64,000 bases of DNA from Octopus sinensis (GCF_006345805.1 NC_043001.1:13702001-13766000); one strand, 5' to 3'. Counted from the first letter of the stretch, positions 39,013-52,316 are shown. Notes: generated from the letters alone by a model not told the origin. Made by a program: numbers and translations.

Positions 39013-39378
39013 ATATTTCTTTACTATCCACAAAGGGCTAAACATAGAGGGAGCAAACAAAAGACAGACAAACTGGTACTTTATTTATCGACCCCGAGAG
39101 GATGAAAGGTGAAGTCGACCCGGCGGAATTTGAACTCAGAACGTAACGACAGACGAAATACCTATTTCTTTACTACCCACAAGGGGCTAAACACAGAGGG
39201 GACAAACAAGGACAGACAAACGGATTTTAGTCGATTACATCGACCCCAATGCGTAAATGGTACTATTTATCGACCCCGAATGGATGAAAGGCAAAGTGGA
39301 CCTCGGCAGAATTTGAACTCAGAACGTAACGGCAGACGAAATACCGCTAAGCATTTCGCCCGGCGCGCCCACCAGCTC
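39013..39378 (-). mobile_element. SINE family A, two modules
   Basis: Two cores on the minus strand. Confidence 0.85.
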
Positions 39379-39532
39379 ATATATCGAAGATTGTAATTTT
39401 GCATTTATATCAATAATAATAATAGGTAATCCAGCTTTTGCGACAATCTGCTTTAGCTTGGGTTTTCAGTAAAAGAAATCAACCAGATAATCCATGCATC
39501 ATTAATACAATCTGTATGTAGAATAGTCATTA

Positions 39533-39985
39533 TAGGCGCTGGAGTGACTGTGTGGTAAGCAGCTTGCTTACTGACCACATGCTTCCGGGTTTAGTCCCAC
39601 TTCGTGGTACCTTGGGCAAGTGTCTTCTACTATAGCCTCGTGTCGACCAAAGGCTTGAGAGTGGGTTTGGTAGACGGAAACTGAAAGAAGCCCGTCGTAT
39701 ATATCTATAGATATATATGTGTGTGTGTGTGTGTGCGTGTGTGTGTGTGTGTGCGTGTGTGTATGTGTATATGTTGTGTATTTGTGTTTGTCACCACGAC
39801 ATCGCTTGACAACCGATGCTGGTGTGTTTAGGTCCCCGTAACTTAGCATTTCGGCAAAAGATACCGATAGAATAAGTACTAGGCTTACAAAGAATAAGTC
39901 CTGGGGTCGATTTGATTCGACTAAAGGCGGTACTCCAGCATGGCCGCAATCAAATGTGTGAAACCAGTAAAAGAAAGAAAAAGAA
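39533..39985 (+). mobile_element. SINE family B, full length
   Basis: Head, internal (TG)n and tail. Confidence 0.9.
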
Positions 39986-41077
39986 GGAATTATATGCAAG
40001 AGTTTTTTTTTGTTTTTTTTTTGATTTTTTGAAATTATAATGTGTCTTCTTTATCTATACTCGAACAACGGAGTTTTATCTTAGTTAGGAAGAATCTCAT
40101 TCCACGGATGAAGATATCAAATAATTCGAGAAACGCAAAATTATCATACGTCTATACATATCTACACATATGTTCTAAATAAGCAGTAATGCATTCGCCA
40201 GTCGTCTATTTGTGTCTGTATTCTTACCATTCAAATTAGTCACTGCTTTGCATGAAGCTAATCTATGGTGTTCGAGTTAGTAACAAAAGAATCGGTTTTC
40301 TTTTAGTTCATTTTTCATTTCAGTTTAATTATAACTTTAAATTTGATCGAAATAGTTTAGTGTTTCTTTTCATTGAGAAACAAAGCAAAAGTATTATAAA
40401 CGGCTTAGCAGTGTTGTTTTCAAGATATCGAAACTACAGTTTCATTCGTAATGAAATCGCTTACTTTGTATTATATTTTCGTTCTTTGTTGATATATCTC
40501 TACACTGAATTTGTTTCTTTTTTGTTTCTTTTTTTTTGTTTTGTAATGCCTATGGTTTCTCTTAGAATTGATTTTCGCTTCTATTTTACCTTTATTTACG
40601 ACTGACCCTCATTTGACAGAAATTTCCAATTATCATTACAATGTAATCAATTTTTTTTTGTCTAATTACTGTTTATACATTTTGTCTGCGTGTATGATAT
40701 ACAGTTTCATTGTCTCACAACAATCACCAAATTACGCACGAACACACATGCATACATTAACACGCATACATACGCACGCACAAACACATATGATTGTATA
40801 GAATTTCAAATACAAATTTGTACAGTATTTCATGTTCGTCATTTACTTTCACCATTCTCATTAACTAATTCTAGCAGCATCATGTGTATTTTTCTTCTAT
40901 ATTTCCTTACCTTTCAGTGATTTATTGTTTCTAACATCAAAGCACTGAATGGTATTATTACCAAAATCTCAACACTTAAGACGCTGACAATTTTTAATTT
41001 CTTTTGAATCTTACAGCGAGACTTTCCTCGCCAAATTCTCCATTTCTGTTGCATGAGCTTCGATAGACATAAGATTA

Positions 41078-41454
41078 TCTCTCTATATATAAAGGGCAGT
41101 TTGTCTGTCTCCGTGTCTGTGTGTCTGTTAGGTTGTACCCTCACCCTGACCACGGCTTTCAACCGATTCTGATGAAACTTGATACACACATAGCCCAATG
41201 TCATAATTCAAAACTAACGCAGCGAAAGTTTTGAAAAGTTCCCCCGGTTCTGAAGAAAATCGATAAATTCGACATGGGGTCGAGAAACACAAACCACAGA
41301 CTGTCTAGGGGACGCAACTCGACCTTTTTAACTCTCAAAAAAATTTACCATCATTTCTTTTTCCATTTTTTGCTATTTTTTGGCTATAACTCTCTAAAAA
41401 TGCTTTATAATTATTTCCCTTACAAACCCGAGCAACGCCGGGCGATACTGCTAG
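41078..41454 (+). mobile_element. Non-autonomous Helitron, 5' type 2
   Basis: A|TCTCTCTATATATAAAGGGCAG ... CCCGAGCAACGCCGGGCGATACTGCTAG|T. Confidence 0.87.
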
Positions 41455-41716
41455 TTAACTATAAGAAAATCCTCGTACGCACAGCTGTTTAAAGCAGAAA
41501 GGGTAATGTACAAACACAGTCATTTCAAAGCTAAACAGAATGAAATTACGAGACTGAAATATTTTTACGACAGACACAAAATGTCATCAGTGGTTTTCCT
41601 ATCAACAAATCTGTACTCGTATCTATTCAACCATCTCTAATTTTATTTTGAACAATTATACGTCAAATATTAATATTTCACATCTTGACCACTCATTCAA
41701 TGAATCAACTTCGTTA

Positions 41717-42117
41717 ATATGGCAAGCTGGCAGAATTGTTAGCACGCGGGGCGAAATGCGTAGCCTTATTTCGTCTGCCGCTACGTTCTGAGTTCAAATT
41801 CCGCCGAGGTCGACTTTGCTTTTCATCCTTTCGTGGTTGATAAATTAAGTACCAGTTACGCACTGGGGTCGATGTAATTGACTTAATCCGTTTGTATGTC
41901 CTTGTTTGTTCCCTCTGTGTTTAGCCCCTTGCGGGTAGTAAAGAAATAGGTATTTCGTCCGTCTTTACGTTCTGAGTTCAAATTCCGCCGAGGTCGACTT
42001 TGCCTTTCATCCTTTCGGGGTTGATAAATTAAGTACCAGTCGCGTACTGGGGTCGATCTAATCGACTGGCTCTCTCCCCCAAAATTTCGGACCTTGTGCC
42101 TACAGTAGAAAGGATTA
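41717..42117 (+). mobile_element. SINE family A, two modules
   Basis: Head, core-tail1, core-tail2. Confidence 0.9.
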
Positions 42118-42689
42118 AATCAACTTCGTTTTTAATCCCATTCTTCCACAACTCTTGAACACAATCAACACACCGGATTGTTTCTACTTGAATTTGTCAA
42201 ATTCTCCCATCATATGTAAGTTCGAAACGATGGCACAATTGTCTCAGCAAAAATCTCAGCAAAACGCCAAAATGTAAAAAATGAGCAAGACATTTTGTTC
42301 TTGAGAACACATTCTTCGTGGTAATGGCGATTTGACGTCTCTGTTTAGCATATAGGGTGCCCACTTTAGCGGTCAGTCCTCTAAATTTTGTATGTATCAC
42401 CGTTTTTGATCTTCGGATTTATTTTTTAAATATGCTAAGCCACTGATTTTAATTGATTAACATCAATTTCTACCCTTATTATTTAATTATATATATATGT
42501 ATGTATATATGTATGTACACACACATACACACACACAAAGAGGATGGTCGGTAGAAGAGCGGAAAATTTGAAGGCAAAGTTAACAAGCGTTAATTAGAAC
42601 ATCAATAAACTGTGTGGTAAGTGGTTTCTCGCTCGTCGTTTCTGTTATCGAATGCATCGCTGTGTCTGGATCTTGTTATTAGCAGCGAT

Positions 42690-42860
42690 ACAGAAATATT
42701 GACGCCATATAACCGTCAATAATGAATTGAAAACGTTATTGATAAAAGCTTGGAATGACTTCATTGAAGTTACACTTCAAAATGCCACGTAAGCTTGGAT
42801 TCCTCGATTAAAACGCTGTCACGAAGTGCACGGAAGCCATTTTGAAAATTTGCGAGTGTT
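42690..42860 (+). mobile_element. Tc1/mariner transposase C-terminal fragment
   Basis: ELKTLLIKAWNDF..AWIPRLKRCHEVHGSHFENL resembles the Tc1/mariner terminal helix motif. Confidence 0.55.
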
Positions 42861-43039
42861 AATATTATATCACGCTTGGTGACGCTTATTGTTTATCTCA
42901 AATAGATCTTGTGAAAATATAAATCGGTATTTCACGAATTTTCCGCTTGTCTAGCGACCACCATGTTAGTTAAATATAGCAAAGAACATTCTCTTCCTAA
43001 TTCAACTCCAAGTTTTTCCAGCTAACTCAGGTTTATATT

Positions 43040-43200
43040 ATATTTTATGTTACTTGTTTCAGTCTTTATACTGCGGCTATGCTGGGGCACCGCCTTGAAG
43101 AATTTTTAGTCGAATTAATCGACATATTTTTTTTGTTAAGCCCGTTACTTACTCTATCGGAATCTTTTGCCGAACCGCACAGTTGCGGGAACAAAACACG
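43040..43200 (-). mobile_element. SINE family B, 3' partial
   Basis: GGCGGTGCCCCAGCATAGCCGCAG on the minus strand. Confidence 0.75.
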
Positions 43201-43396
43201 TGTGCGAACACACACACACACACACACACACACAGATATATATATATATATATATATATATTCGATGGGCCTCTTTCAGTTGATAAATCTCTCAAAGAGA
43301 GATGGCAGTGCAACATAAATAATGAATAAGTATCCAAAATTCTGACTACATCCGTTTTAATTAATATGCAGGTATGTGTGTATGTATGTATGTGTG

Positions 43397-43466
43397 TATG
43401 GATGGATGGATGGATGGATGGATGGATGGATGGATGGATGGATGGATGGATGGACGGGTGGATGGA
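43397..43466. repeat. (GGAT)n microsatellite
   Basis: Directly visible. Confidence 0.95.
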
Positions 43467-43979
43467 TATATGTATGGATATATATATATATGGGGGGAGT
43501 CTGTCTTTCTGTATGTATCTTTGTGCGTATGTATGTACGTATCCATATACAACATATTCTTTCCCACATATAATAATGCGTATTCTAATACAAGCATACA
43601 TCTTTTTAATATAACATACATATTTTGTGATTTGCATTCTTAATTTCAAAAGAGTCTTTACTATTCCTAGAATAGGAATCATTGCAGAATCATTTATATT
43701 TCATTTAGTGAAATTCGGAGCAAGATAATCATAACAAACAGCGCATTTCCCTCTACAGCCAACATTTATGTTAAATGTCTTTTTTCCCCGAAATCTTTTG
43801 CATAAATAATGCAAACGTTTTAATGCAAGCAAATGTTTGATACTCCCACGTGAATATACATTACATTTATATAGTACGAAATACGAACTGCATTTTTATT
43901 AATATAAATTGTTTTGGCAGTTATGATAGTTAGATACACAAATACTAAACACACGTTAAGCGACATGAGCCACTATATA

Positions 43980-44396
43980 TACTCTTTTTTACTCTTTTAC
44001 TTGTTTCAGTCATTTGACTGCGGCCATGCTGGAGCACCGCCTTTAGTCGAGCAAATCGACCCCGGGACTTATTCTTTGTAAGCCCAGTGCTTATTCTATC
44101 GGTCTCTTTTGCCGAACCGCTAAGTTACAGGGGCGTAAACACACCAGCATCGGTTGTCAAGCAATGCTAGGGGGACAAACGCAGACACACAAACACACAC
44201 ACACATACATATATATACATATACATATATACGACAGGCTTCTTTCAGTTTCCGTCTACCAAATCCACTCACAAGGCATTGGTCGGCCCGGGGCTATAGC
44301 AGAAGACACTTGCTCAAGATGCCACGCAGTTGGACTGAACCCGGAACCATGTGGTTGGTTAGCAAGCTACTTACCACACAGCCACTGCTGCGCCTA
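43980..44396 (-). mobile_element. SINE family B, full length
   Basis: Near-identical to the 12891 copy. Confidence 0.9.
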
Positions 44397-44589
44397 TGTG
44401 TGTATGTATTTCAGTATACATACATATCTACAACCTACAAACAAATAAACACATGCGCGCACGCACGAACAGTTACATTAACTTATATGCGTTCGAGGAA
44501 TGTCTTAGGAGAAATGCTAAAGTAGGCATAACATTTTTTATTAACTGACATAAATCGTTCTAGTTGCACGTATTAGTTGAGTAAGCATT

Positions 44590-45130
44590 TGTCCATGATA
44601 ACGTTTCTTCGTCTTCATTGCAAGCAAATAATCGGTTTCAAGCCAAAAGCGACCTGCCGTCATTGAATTTATGAAGTGAAAGAGGCGTGTAAGCCGTTTG
44701 ATGATCACAAATGGCTTTCGGGAATGATCATTAACGAAACGAATATGTATAGAACAATGAAGAATGTTAACGAAAAGCAGTCTGGCATTGAAGACAAACA
44801 ACACTGTGAAAGCCCACCAACTACGATCACTGATATGAATGACCAGCGACTGAATGGATTCATTCTCGCGAACAGATGAGTCGCAATCCCTGAGGTAACG
44901 GCACAACTATTCTGTGGCCACAATGCATTACCTAGAAAGCTGGAAAACTTTTGTATCGGAAAGTGTGCAAAGTGTTGATATCTATTTGAAGGATAGATTG
45001 GAGATAGTCTTCTCTGCTGCAAGTTATTGAAGCCACTTCATCCAATGTGGTAAGAGATGCTGGAGAGTGACTGGGTGGTTATATTCCAGAAATGGAAAAT
45101 TAGTCTATGGACTGACGTCACACATTTTCT
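44590..45130 (+). mobile_element. Heavily decayed mariner transposase, N-terminal half
   Basis: RPAVIEF, IEDKQHCESPPTTITDMNDQRL..ANR, YRKVCAK, YIPEMEN*SMD*RHT correspond to the mariner HTH, WVPxxL and YxPE motif regions. Confidence 0.65.
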
Positions 45131-46605
45131 CCAAGTTCCAAGTATTTCAAAAGCTAATGAACGTTATAGAAAGTCATGATAACTGCATTGGTAATTACAA
45201 GAGTGTAACTGTCTTGATTGTATTGAATGTGGCTGTAGTCTGAACAACGACCTGTGGTTTGAAACACTCAAAATTCCTAAAGATGAAACCGAAGAAGAAT
45301 GCAAAAAATGAGACATATTTACCGCCACAACATGACATCACACACACGTTTGGCCACAAATCAGCCAATCCCCAATTTGAGCTGGTAGAGAAACCCGTCC
45401 ATCTTTCAGTTAGTATCTGGTGTCCATAAACCCCCTCTGATTTAGTCCATTGAAGATTCATTACTGAAGACAAAGATCCGATAACACAAACGATGTGAAA
45501 GTCTATGTCAACCGTGGCTACTACAGGACACATCTGAATTTTTTCAAAGGTGATTTTGAAAGATGGATTCGACGACGGTGCAGATATATCCCTTATGATG
45601 GAGACAATTGTGTACTCCCTCGAATAGAAGGAAAATAATAACATTTCAATGTTTCCATATCATGCAAAAATGTAATTCATATATCCTTGAGATATATTGA
45701 GTAAAATTATCACCAAAACCGCTTGTTGCAATCTCACATATAACTTCTTTCACATAACTTTATTTCGTAAGATAAGCAAAATATAGATTAAATTGTCGGA
45801 ATCTTCTTATTTTTTTCTACAGTCAGGCTCCGATATAATTCTAGCCACATAGTTTTCAACGCTTCAAAACACATCAAGTATTCATATATGAATTTTGATA
45901 ATACCTGTATTTGCTGTATTCTTCGAACTCTATTACAGAAACTGAGAAAAATTGAAGTTGCCGTCAAGAAGAAAAAATCGAAAAATGTGTTGCCTGATAC
46001 TTGAAGGCAGTTTCAAATTTTATCAGATTCTAGCTGAGATAAATAATATGATTCACATCTTGGTTTTCAATATCGTAGCACAAACTTCTATATTAATTAC
46101 TGAATCCTATCGTATCAGATAACAGCAATTATGTATCAGCTGAATGTTATTATATCAGAACTCTTGCGGCTATCAGTGAGCAGAAGTCGATGTTATATAC
46201 AAATTAACATATTAATATCTATCTCAGTATGAGAGCAATTTATATTTCTCTGAATCTTACAATGTGTCGCCAGTTAATAGAATATAATATTATGTCTCCA
46301 AGAAATAACAGTATGCTGGATCTATTAAATGTTTATTCACTTGATGTCTGAATATGACTTTTTCAAATATATTCAATCATTTGAATGCTTAACAGTTGAT
46401 GGCAGAATTGCAAGTTACCAAACCATAATAATTTCCCGAATACTCTGATAAAATCCGCACCCACATTCCAAGAAGTGCTGACACGTCTCAACAACTTATT
46501 TAAAGTACATCGTAATCGCATGGAAGTCACAATCTGCTGTCAGTTTTATATAAAATACTGGGCATTTTCTCCTTTTAATAAAAAGAAATCAATATATGTT
46601 TGTAT

Positions 46606-46862
46606 GGAGGCGCGTGGCTTAGTGGTTAGGGTGTCAGCATCATGATCGTCAGATTGTGGTTTCGATTCCTGGACCGGGCGACGCATTGTGTTCTTGAGCA
46701 AAACACTTCATTTCACTTTGCCCCAGTTCACTCAGCTGGCAAAAATGAGTAACGCTGGGATGGACTGGCGTCCCGTCCAGCTAGGGATCACATACGCCAT
46801 AGAAACCGGGAAACCAGGCCCATGAGCCTGGCTAGGCTTTAATAAGGCGCATTTATTTATTT
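46606..46862 (+). mobile_element. SINE family D (C-like head, different body, tail type 1)
   Basis: GGAGGCGCGTGGCTTAGTGGTTAG, GGTTTCGATTCC, GATGGACTGGCGTCCCGTCCAG, (TTTA)n end. Confidence 0.85.
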
Positions 46863-46949
46863 ATATATGTTTGTATATTATATACGTACACACACTAATG
46901 CACACGCACATACACACATATACACGCGCGCGTTTATACACTGTATCCA

Positions 46950-47420
46950 CGAAATGCTGTGTCGGCGCCAATATGGAGTGGAGGAGGATCCGGGCCATCT
47001 CCGACAAGCATCAGTTTGTTATTCGCCCAACTCGTTCAAAGGCCAAGTTCTGTTTCTATTCTGTTAGTGGTCAGTGCGTCTCTGAACTGGTCGAACAAGT
47101 TGCTGAATAAGATGGTTTCGTCCACATACTGCGGGTCGGTAAGTTGGAAGTTCCCGAAGGTAACACAAGAGACTCGCTCACAGACATTGGTCATCAGATA
47201 ATCGATGACATACTTGGAGAAGTCGGAGGCGGCCACGTAGCCCTATCTGAACCGGCTGTTGATAGGGAAGCAGTCAGAGTCCCTCTATTTCACCAGCGTG
47301 CAGCTCCCGAGCGATGCTATAGAATAGTTAGAAGAGGGCCGTGATGCTGGGAGGCGCGCTGACAAGCTTCAGAATTTTCCAATTTGTCAGCTCTTTCGTC
47401 TATCATGGTTCCACAGACAC
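46950..47420 (-). mobile_element. RTE-type LINE RT fragment, decayed
   Basis: DSDCFPINSRFR*GYVAASDFSKYVIDYLM, DPQYVDET, LGL*TSWANNKL correspond to RT domains 4-7. Confidence 0.7.
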
Positions 47421-47439
47421 CTATGGCAGTCCCTCTGAA

Positions 47440-47740
47440 GCCACTGTTAATTAAGAAACACTTTCCTAGAACCCATACCTTTAAATATTATAAAGTTTTC
47501 AACCCCAGCAAAGTCAAGGCTAGTTACTCTTGTTTAGACAACATTGCTTCAAGCATCACATACTTCAATAGATGCAAACACACCTACCCAGCTTCCAATG
47601 CACACCTCAACTTGTGACTTTCGAAACCCGAACGAATGTCCACTGGACGGCATCTGCCTCTCAAGGCTGAGGTTTATTGAACAAACCTCACATCCTCCGA
47701 TGAAAATACAAGACACTACATGAGTTCACCTGCCATTTAT
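47440..47740 (+). mobile_element. Penelope-like fragment (linker to GIY-YIG region)
   Basis: KHFPRTH..KVFNPSKVKASYSCLDNI, RNPNECPLDGICLS; same region as 35830-36050. Confidence 0.75.
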
Positions 47741-48316
47741 TTATAGGTACACAAGGTGGTGTACACGCATATGGAGTTGTTCTGGGCCATTAATAGAGAA
47801 TATTCCACCCCACTGTCCCATTTTTATGGAGATTCCTTGCCTACCGGAATGACTTCAACAATATCGAATAGAGTATTATTGACAAGGTCTCTCTGCACTC
47901 AAAGAAAACACACGAGTGCCAAATCTACCTTTGGTAGAAACTGCACATATTTCGCCAGCGTCGCTCGGTTCAGGAATCAAAACCACAATCTTACAATCAT
48001 GATGCTGACACCCTAACCACTAAGCCTCGCGCCTTCACAATAAATTTTACTAGCATTACAATACTGTCTATAAGGAAGAATAAGTTCATTCTGAATTTCT
48101 TTAGAATGACACTCTTTCCTCGAAATTATGGAAATAAGTTTTCCGTTTTGAGGGAACTAAAATATGTTATCAAACTACAAATATACTCGCTAGCTGAAAT
48201 GAATGCGTAAAGAATATACAGTATTGAGGCACTTAATATCTTTTAGTAGCTGAAGAAATGCATTAAAACTGTGTTTCGGATTCGAACCAGCGAACATTAA
48301 TTCTCATCTAATTCTT

Positions 48317-48722
48317 ATTTCTTTATTGCCCACAAGGGGCTAAACATAGAGGGGACAAACAAGGACAGACAAAGGGATTGAGTTGATTACACCGACCCCA
48401 ATGCGCGACTGGTACTTAATTTATCGACCTCGAAAGGATGAAAGGCAAAGTCGACCTCGGCGGAATTTGAACTCGCAACGTTACGGCAGACGAAATACCT
48501 ATTTCTTTATTACCCACAAGGGGCTAAACACAGAGAGGACAAACAAGGACAGACAAGCTGATTATATCAGCCCCAGTGTGTAACTGGTACTTATTTAATC
48601 GACCCCGAAAGGATGAAAACAAAGTCGGCCGCGGCGGAATTTGAACTCAGAACATAACGGCAGATGAAATACTGCTAAGCATTTCGCCCGGCCTGCTAAC
48701 GTTTCTACCAGCCCGCCGCCTA
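48317..48722 (-). mobile_element. SINE family A, two modules
   Basis: Head plus two core-tail1 units. Confidence 0.88.
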
Positions 48723-48804
48723 ATTCTCAGAGCACATGTAAAACAAGAAAACACATATATTTGCAAGCAACACTTGCAATCCAGCTAAAAGCAGATACAA
48801 TAAA

Positions 48805-49039
48805 CAGTAATCCATCGACTATCGTGATTGTTACGTTCCAAAACCCCCCGCGGTAGGTGAAAATCCGCGAAGTACGAAACAGTTCTGTATTGTATAATTT
48901 TGTTATTATTCTTATAATTTGTATGTATAATTATTTTATTGTAAATGAAAACACCATGAAGGAATGGACGTAAGCTTAAAAAATAAACAGCGATAGGTGA
49001 ACCGCGAAAGGTTAACCGCGATATGGCGAGGTATTACTG
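48805..49039. mobile_element. Tigger/pogo-type MITE
   Basis: Imperfect TIRs CAGTAATCCATCGACTATCG / reverse complement CAGTAATACCTCGCCATATCG; TA at the right flank. Confidence 0.6.
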
Positions 49040-49582
49040 TACAGTTTGGGAGATGGCGGTAGTTATGTATAATTGCATCTGCTGACTTAGACGTGATTAT
49101 TTTTATTATTTTATATTCTTCGCTATTTCACAAGATAAAAAAAACCGAAGCTTGTGGTGATATTTGTTATTCTCTACTACAAGCTAGACATTATGTCTAT
49201 CAGACTTGTTCCTGCCTTTTACTTAATATCTACAGACTTGCATTTCCCATAATGAATAATAAAACACAGTAATGTGTTTTATTATTTACTTTCGTCTGAA
49301 ATAAACGAACATAATCTTGAAAAAAATCAGACACAAAGTAAGAAGACATGTTTTCCAGATAATAATTCTTGTTATGAATGTACTTAGATGCTTTCTCCCA
49401 GTAACACATAGTAACACAATAAAAAATACCTATTTGACATATACAATAAAGACTCTATGTCTACGTATAAGAATTTATCATTTTGGACATATACACCATG
49501 TAGAATTGTATAGCATTGTTGCTCGAAACGATCTAGAGTTTATCAAATTTTTAAGTATATCTATTATCATCTGTTCTCAGTA

Positions 49583-50538
49583 TAATAATCTTTTCTACTT
49601 TTGGAGCAAAACCTGAAATTTTGGGGGAAGGAACCAGTCGAGTAGATCGACACCAGTACGCAACTGGTATTTAATTTATCGAAGCCGAAGGATGAAAGGC
49701 AAAGTCGACCTCGGCAGAATTTGAACTCAGAACGTAACGGCAGACGAAATACCCATTTCTTTTCTACCCACAAGGGGCTAAACACAGAGGGGACAAACAA
49801 GGACAGACAAACGGATTAAGTCGATTATATCGACCACAGTGCGTAACTGGTACTTAATTTATTCGACCCCAAAAGGATGAAAGGCAAAGTCGACCTCGGT
49901 GGAATTTGAAATCAGAACGTAACGGCAGACGAAATACCCATTTCTTTACTACCCACAAGGGGCTAAACACAGAGGGGACAAACAAGGACAGACAAACGGA
50001 TTAAGTCGATTATATCGACCGCAGTGCGTAACTGGTACTTAATTTATTCGACTCCGAAAGGATGAAAGGCAAAGTCGACCTCGGCGAAATTTGAACTCAG
50101 AACGTAACGGCAGACGAAATACCCATTTCTTTACTACCCAGAAGGGGCTAAACACAGAGGGGACAAACAAGGACAGACATAGGTATTAAGTCGATTACAT
50201 CGACCCCAATGCGTAACTGGTACTTAATTTATCGACCCCGAAAGGATGAAAGGCAAAGTCGACCTCGGCGAAATTTGAACTCAGAACGTAACGGCAGACG
50301 AAATACCCATTTCATTACTACCCACAAGGGGCTAAACACAGAGGGAACAAACAAGGACAGACATAGGTATTAAGTCGATTACATCGACCCCAGTGCGTAA
50401 CTGGTACTTAATTTATCGACCCCGAAAGGATGAAAGGCAAAGTCGACCTCGGCGGAATTTGAACTCACAACGTAACGCAGACGAAATACCGCTAAGCATT
50501 TCGCCCGGCGTGCTAACGTTTCTGCCAGCTCGCTGCCT
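49583..50538 (-). mobile_element. SINE family A with five tandem ~185 bp modules
   Basis: GATGAAAGGCAAAGTCGACCTCGG at 49691, 49876, 50061, 50245 and 50429; single head at 50510-50538. Confidence 0.93.
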
Positions 50539-50737
50539 TAATTGTTGGTTATATTACCGAAACAAATCTTAATTAGTCTATAAAATAAGGACCTAAATTC
50601 TCATATTTTGTCATTGGGGGCAGGGTTTCAAACATCACCCCCTCTTCTACCAGACATACTTCAATTTTGTAGTATTTGGTTACTCTTAATTGTCAATACT
50701 ATTACCACGATAATGATAAATATATATATATATATAG

Positions 50738-50773
<36 letters not shown>

Positions 50774-50790
50774 ATATATATATGCATACA

Positions 50791-50831
<41 letters not shown>

Positions 50832-50849
50832 ACATATATACATACATAT

Positions 50850-50913
<64 letters not shown>

Positions 50914-52250
50914 AATCCTTAATCCTTAAAAATGTTTTAGCCCGAAGGTCACGGCCATGCTGGGGCACCACCGCTGAATGAGCTACACTAATTTGTGAAT
51001 CCACCTCTGATACGTGGCACTTGATCAACAAGGGAGTTCGATGCTGCTGCCCGCATCCGCGTCTCCTGTCGTGAGGTAGGCTCATCTGGGACTCCCAACA
51101 AGAAGAGATCCAGTTTAGTTTTAAAGAAACCCACATCCACACCATGTAAGTCTCTCAGGCATTTAGGGAGGATGTTAAAGAGCTGTGGTCCTCTGAAACC
51201 CAAGCTGTTGCAGTATCTGGACCTGTATTTTGATGGTGATGTTGGAATCCTTGGCACCATGCAGTGGCGCCCCGTTCTGCGGTTGGAGTAACTTTGAATG
51301 CCAAAGTTTGGGACAAGACCCTCCAGGATTTTCCAGATGTATATCACCGCATATCTCTCCCGCCTCCGCTCTAGGGAGAAGAGGTTTAATACCTTCAGTC
51401 TTTCCCAGTAGCTGATATTTTGCATTGAGACGATTTTCTTAGTGTAGCTTCTCTGAATTGCTTCGAGTTCTGCTGTTAGTTTTATATTGTGCGGTGACCA
51501 AAGTTGGGAGCAGTAGTCCAAGCGACTGAGGACGAATGCTTTCCATAGGACCATCAGTGTCTCCTTCTCTCTTGTTCTGAAAGTTCGGAGAATCCATCCA
51601 GCTAGCCGTCTGCATTTCATCACCAGATTAGCAATATGCATTTGGAAAGATGCATCATTGCTCATGTCAATGCCCAGGTCACGCACTGATTTTGACTCAG
51701 GGATTGCAATTCTTCCTGGGCCAGTGTATCCAGTCTTCACGTCATTTACCTTTGTGTGCCAGTAGCGCAGGGCCTGGAACTTACCTGCATTAAACTGCAT
51801 GTTGTTGTCCTCAGCCCACCTGTATATTGTGTCCAGCTCATGTTGCAGATGCGCAATATTTTCAGGGTTTTGTATTGCGTAGGAGACTTTTGTGTCATCT
51901 GCATAGCTAGCAAGGGTGGTCATCGTAGCTACTGAAGGCATGTCTGAAAGGGCCACTATGAACATCAGTGGCCCCAAGACAGTGCCCTGTGGGACACCGC
52001 TTGTTATTTGCGTTTCCTTGGAGGTGGCTCCATTGCTCACAACTGCCTGTTTCCTGTCTTTTAAGAAGTTGTGCAGCCACTCTCCAAGTTTCCCGCCTAT
52101 GCCGAGACCACGCAGTTTGTGACAGATCATACCATGGTCGACTTTATCAAAGGCTTTTGCAAAGTCGAGATATATTACATCCACATTTGAGCCATTTAGT
52201 AGCTGTTTCAACACCCAGTCATAGTGTTGCAGGAGCTGTGTTAGGCTGTG
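50914..52250 (-). mobile_element. 5'-truncated CR1/L2-group LINE inserted in (TA)n
   Basis: Intact RT ORF, ~70 nt 3' UTR and (TTAAGGA)n tail; (TA)n on both sides. Confidence 0.9.
50988..52214 (-). CDS. Reverse transcriptase, C-terminal part of LINE ORF2 (no endonuclease; frame extends upstream to ~52245, so the listed start is not a real initiator)
   Basis: 408 aa without stops: [54 protein letters not shown]. Confidence 0.9.
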   Translation of the reverse strand: MLKQLLNGSNVDVIYLDFAKAFDKVDHGMICHKLRGLGIGGKLGEWLHNFLKDRKQAVVSNGATSKETQITSGVPQGTVLGPLMFIVALSDMPSVATMTTLASYADDTKVSYAIQNPENIAHLQHELDTIYRWAEDNNMQFNAGKFQALRYWHTKVNDVKTGYTGPGRIAIPESKSVRDLGIDMSNDASFQMHIANLVMKCRRLAGWILRTFRTREKETLMVLWKAFVLSRLDYCSQLWSPHNIKLTAELEAIQRSYTKKIVSMQNISYWERLKVLNLFSLERRRERYAVIYIWKILEGLVPNFGIQSYSNRRTGRHCMVPRIPTSPSKYRSRYCNSLGFRGPQLFNILPKCLRDLHGVDVGFFKTKLDLFLLGVPDEPTSRQETRMRAAASNSLVDQVPRIRGGFTN

Positions 52251-52316
52251 TTATAATATATATATATATAATATATATATATATAATATATATACATATA
52301 TAATATATATACATAT

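Noticed and set aside
49583-50538. Regular array as CRISPR
   Set aside because: Whole 185 bp units are repeated with no unique spacers; no cas genes; eukaryotic context.
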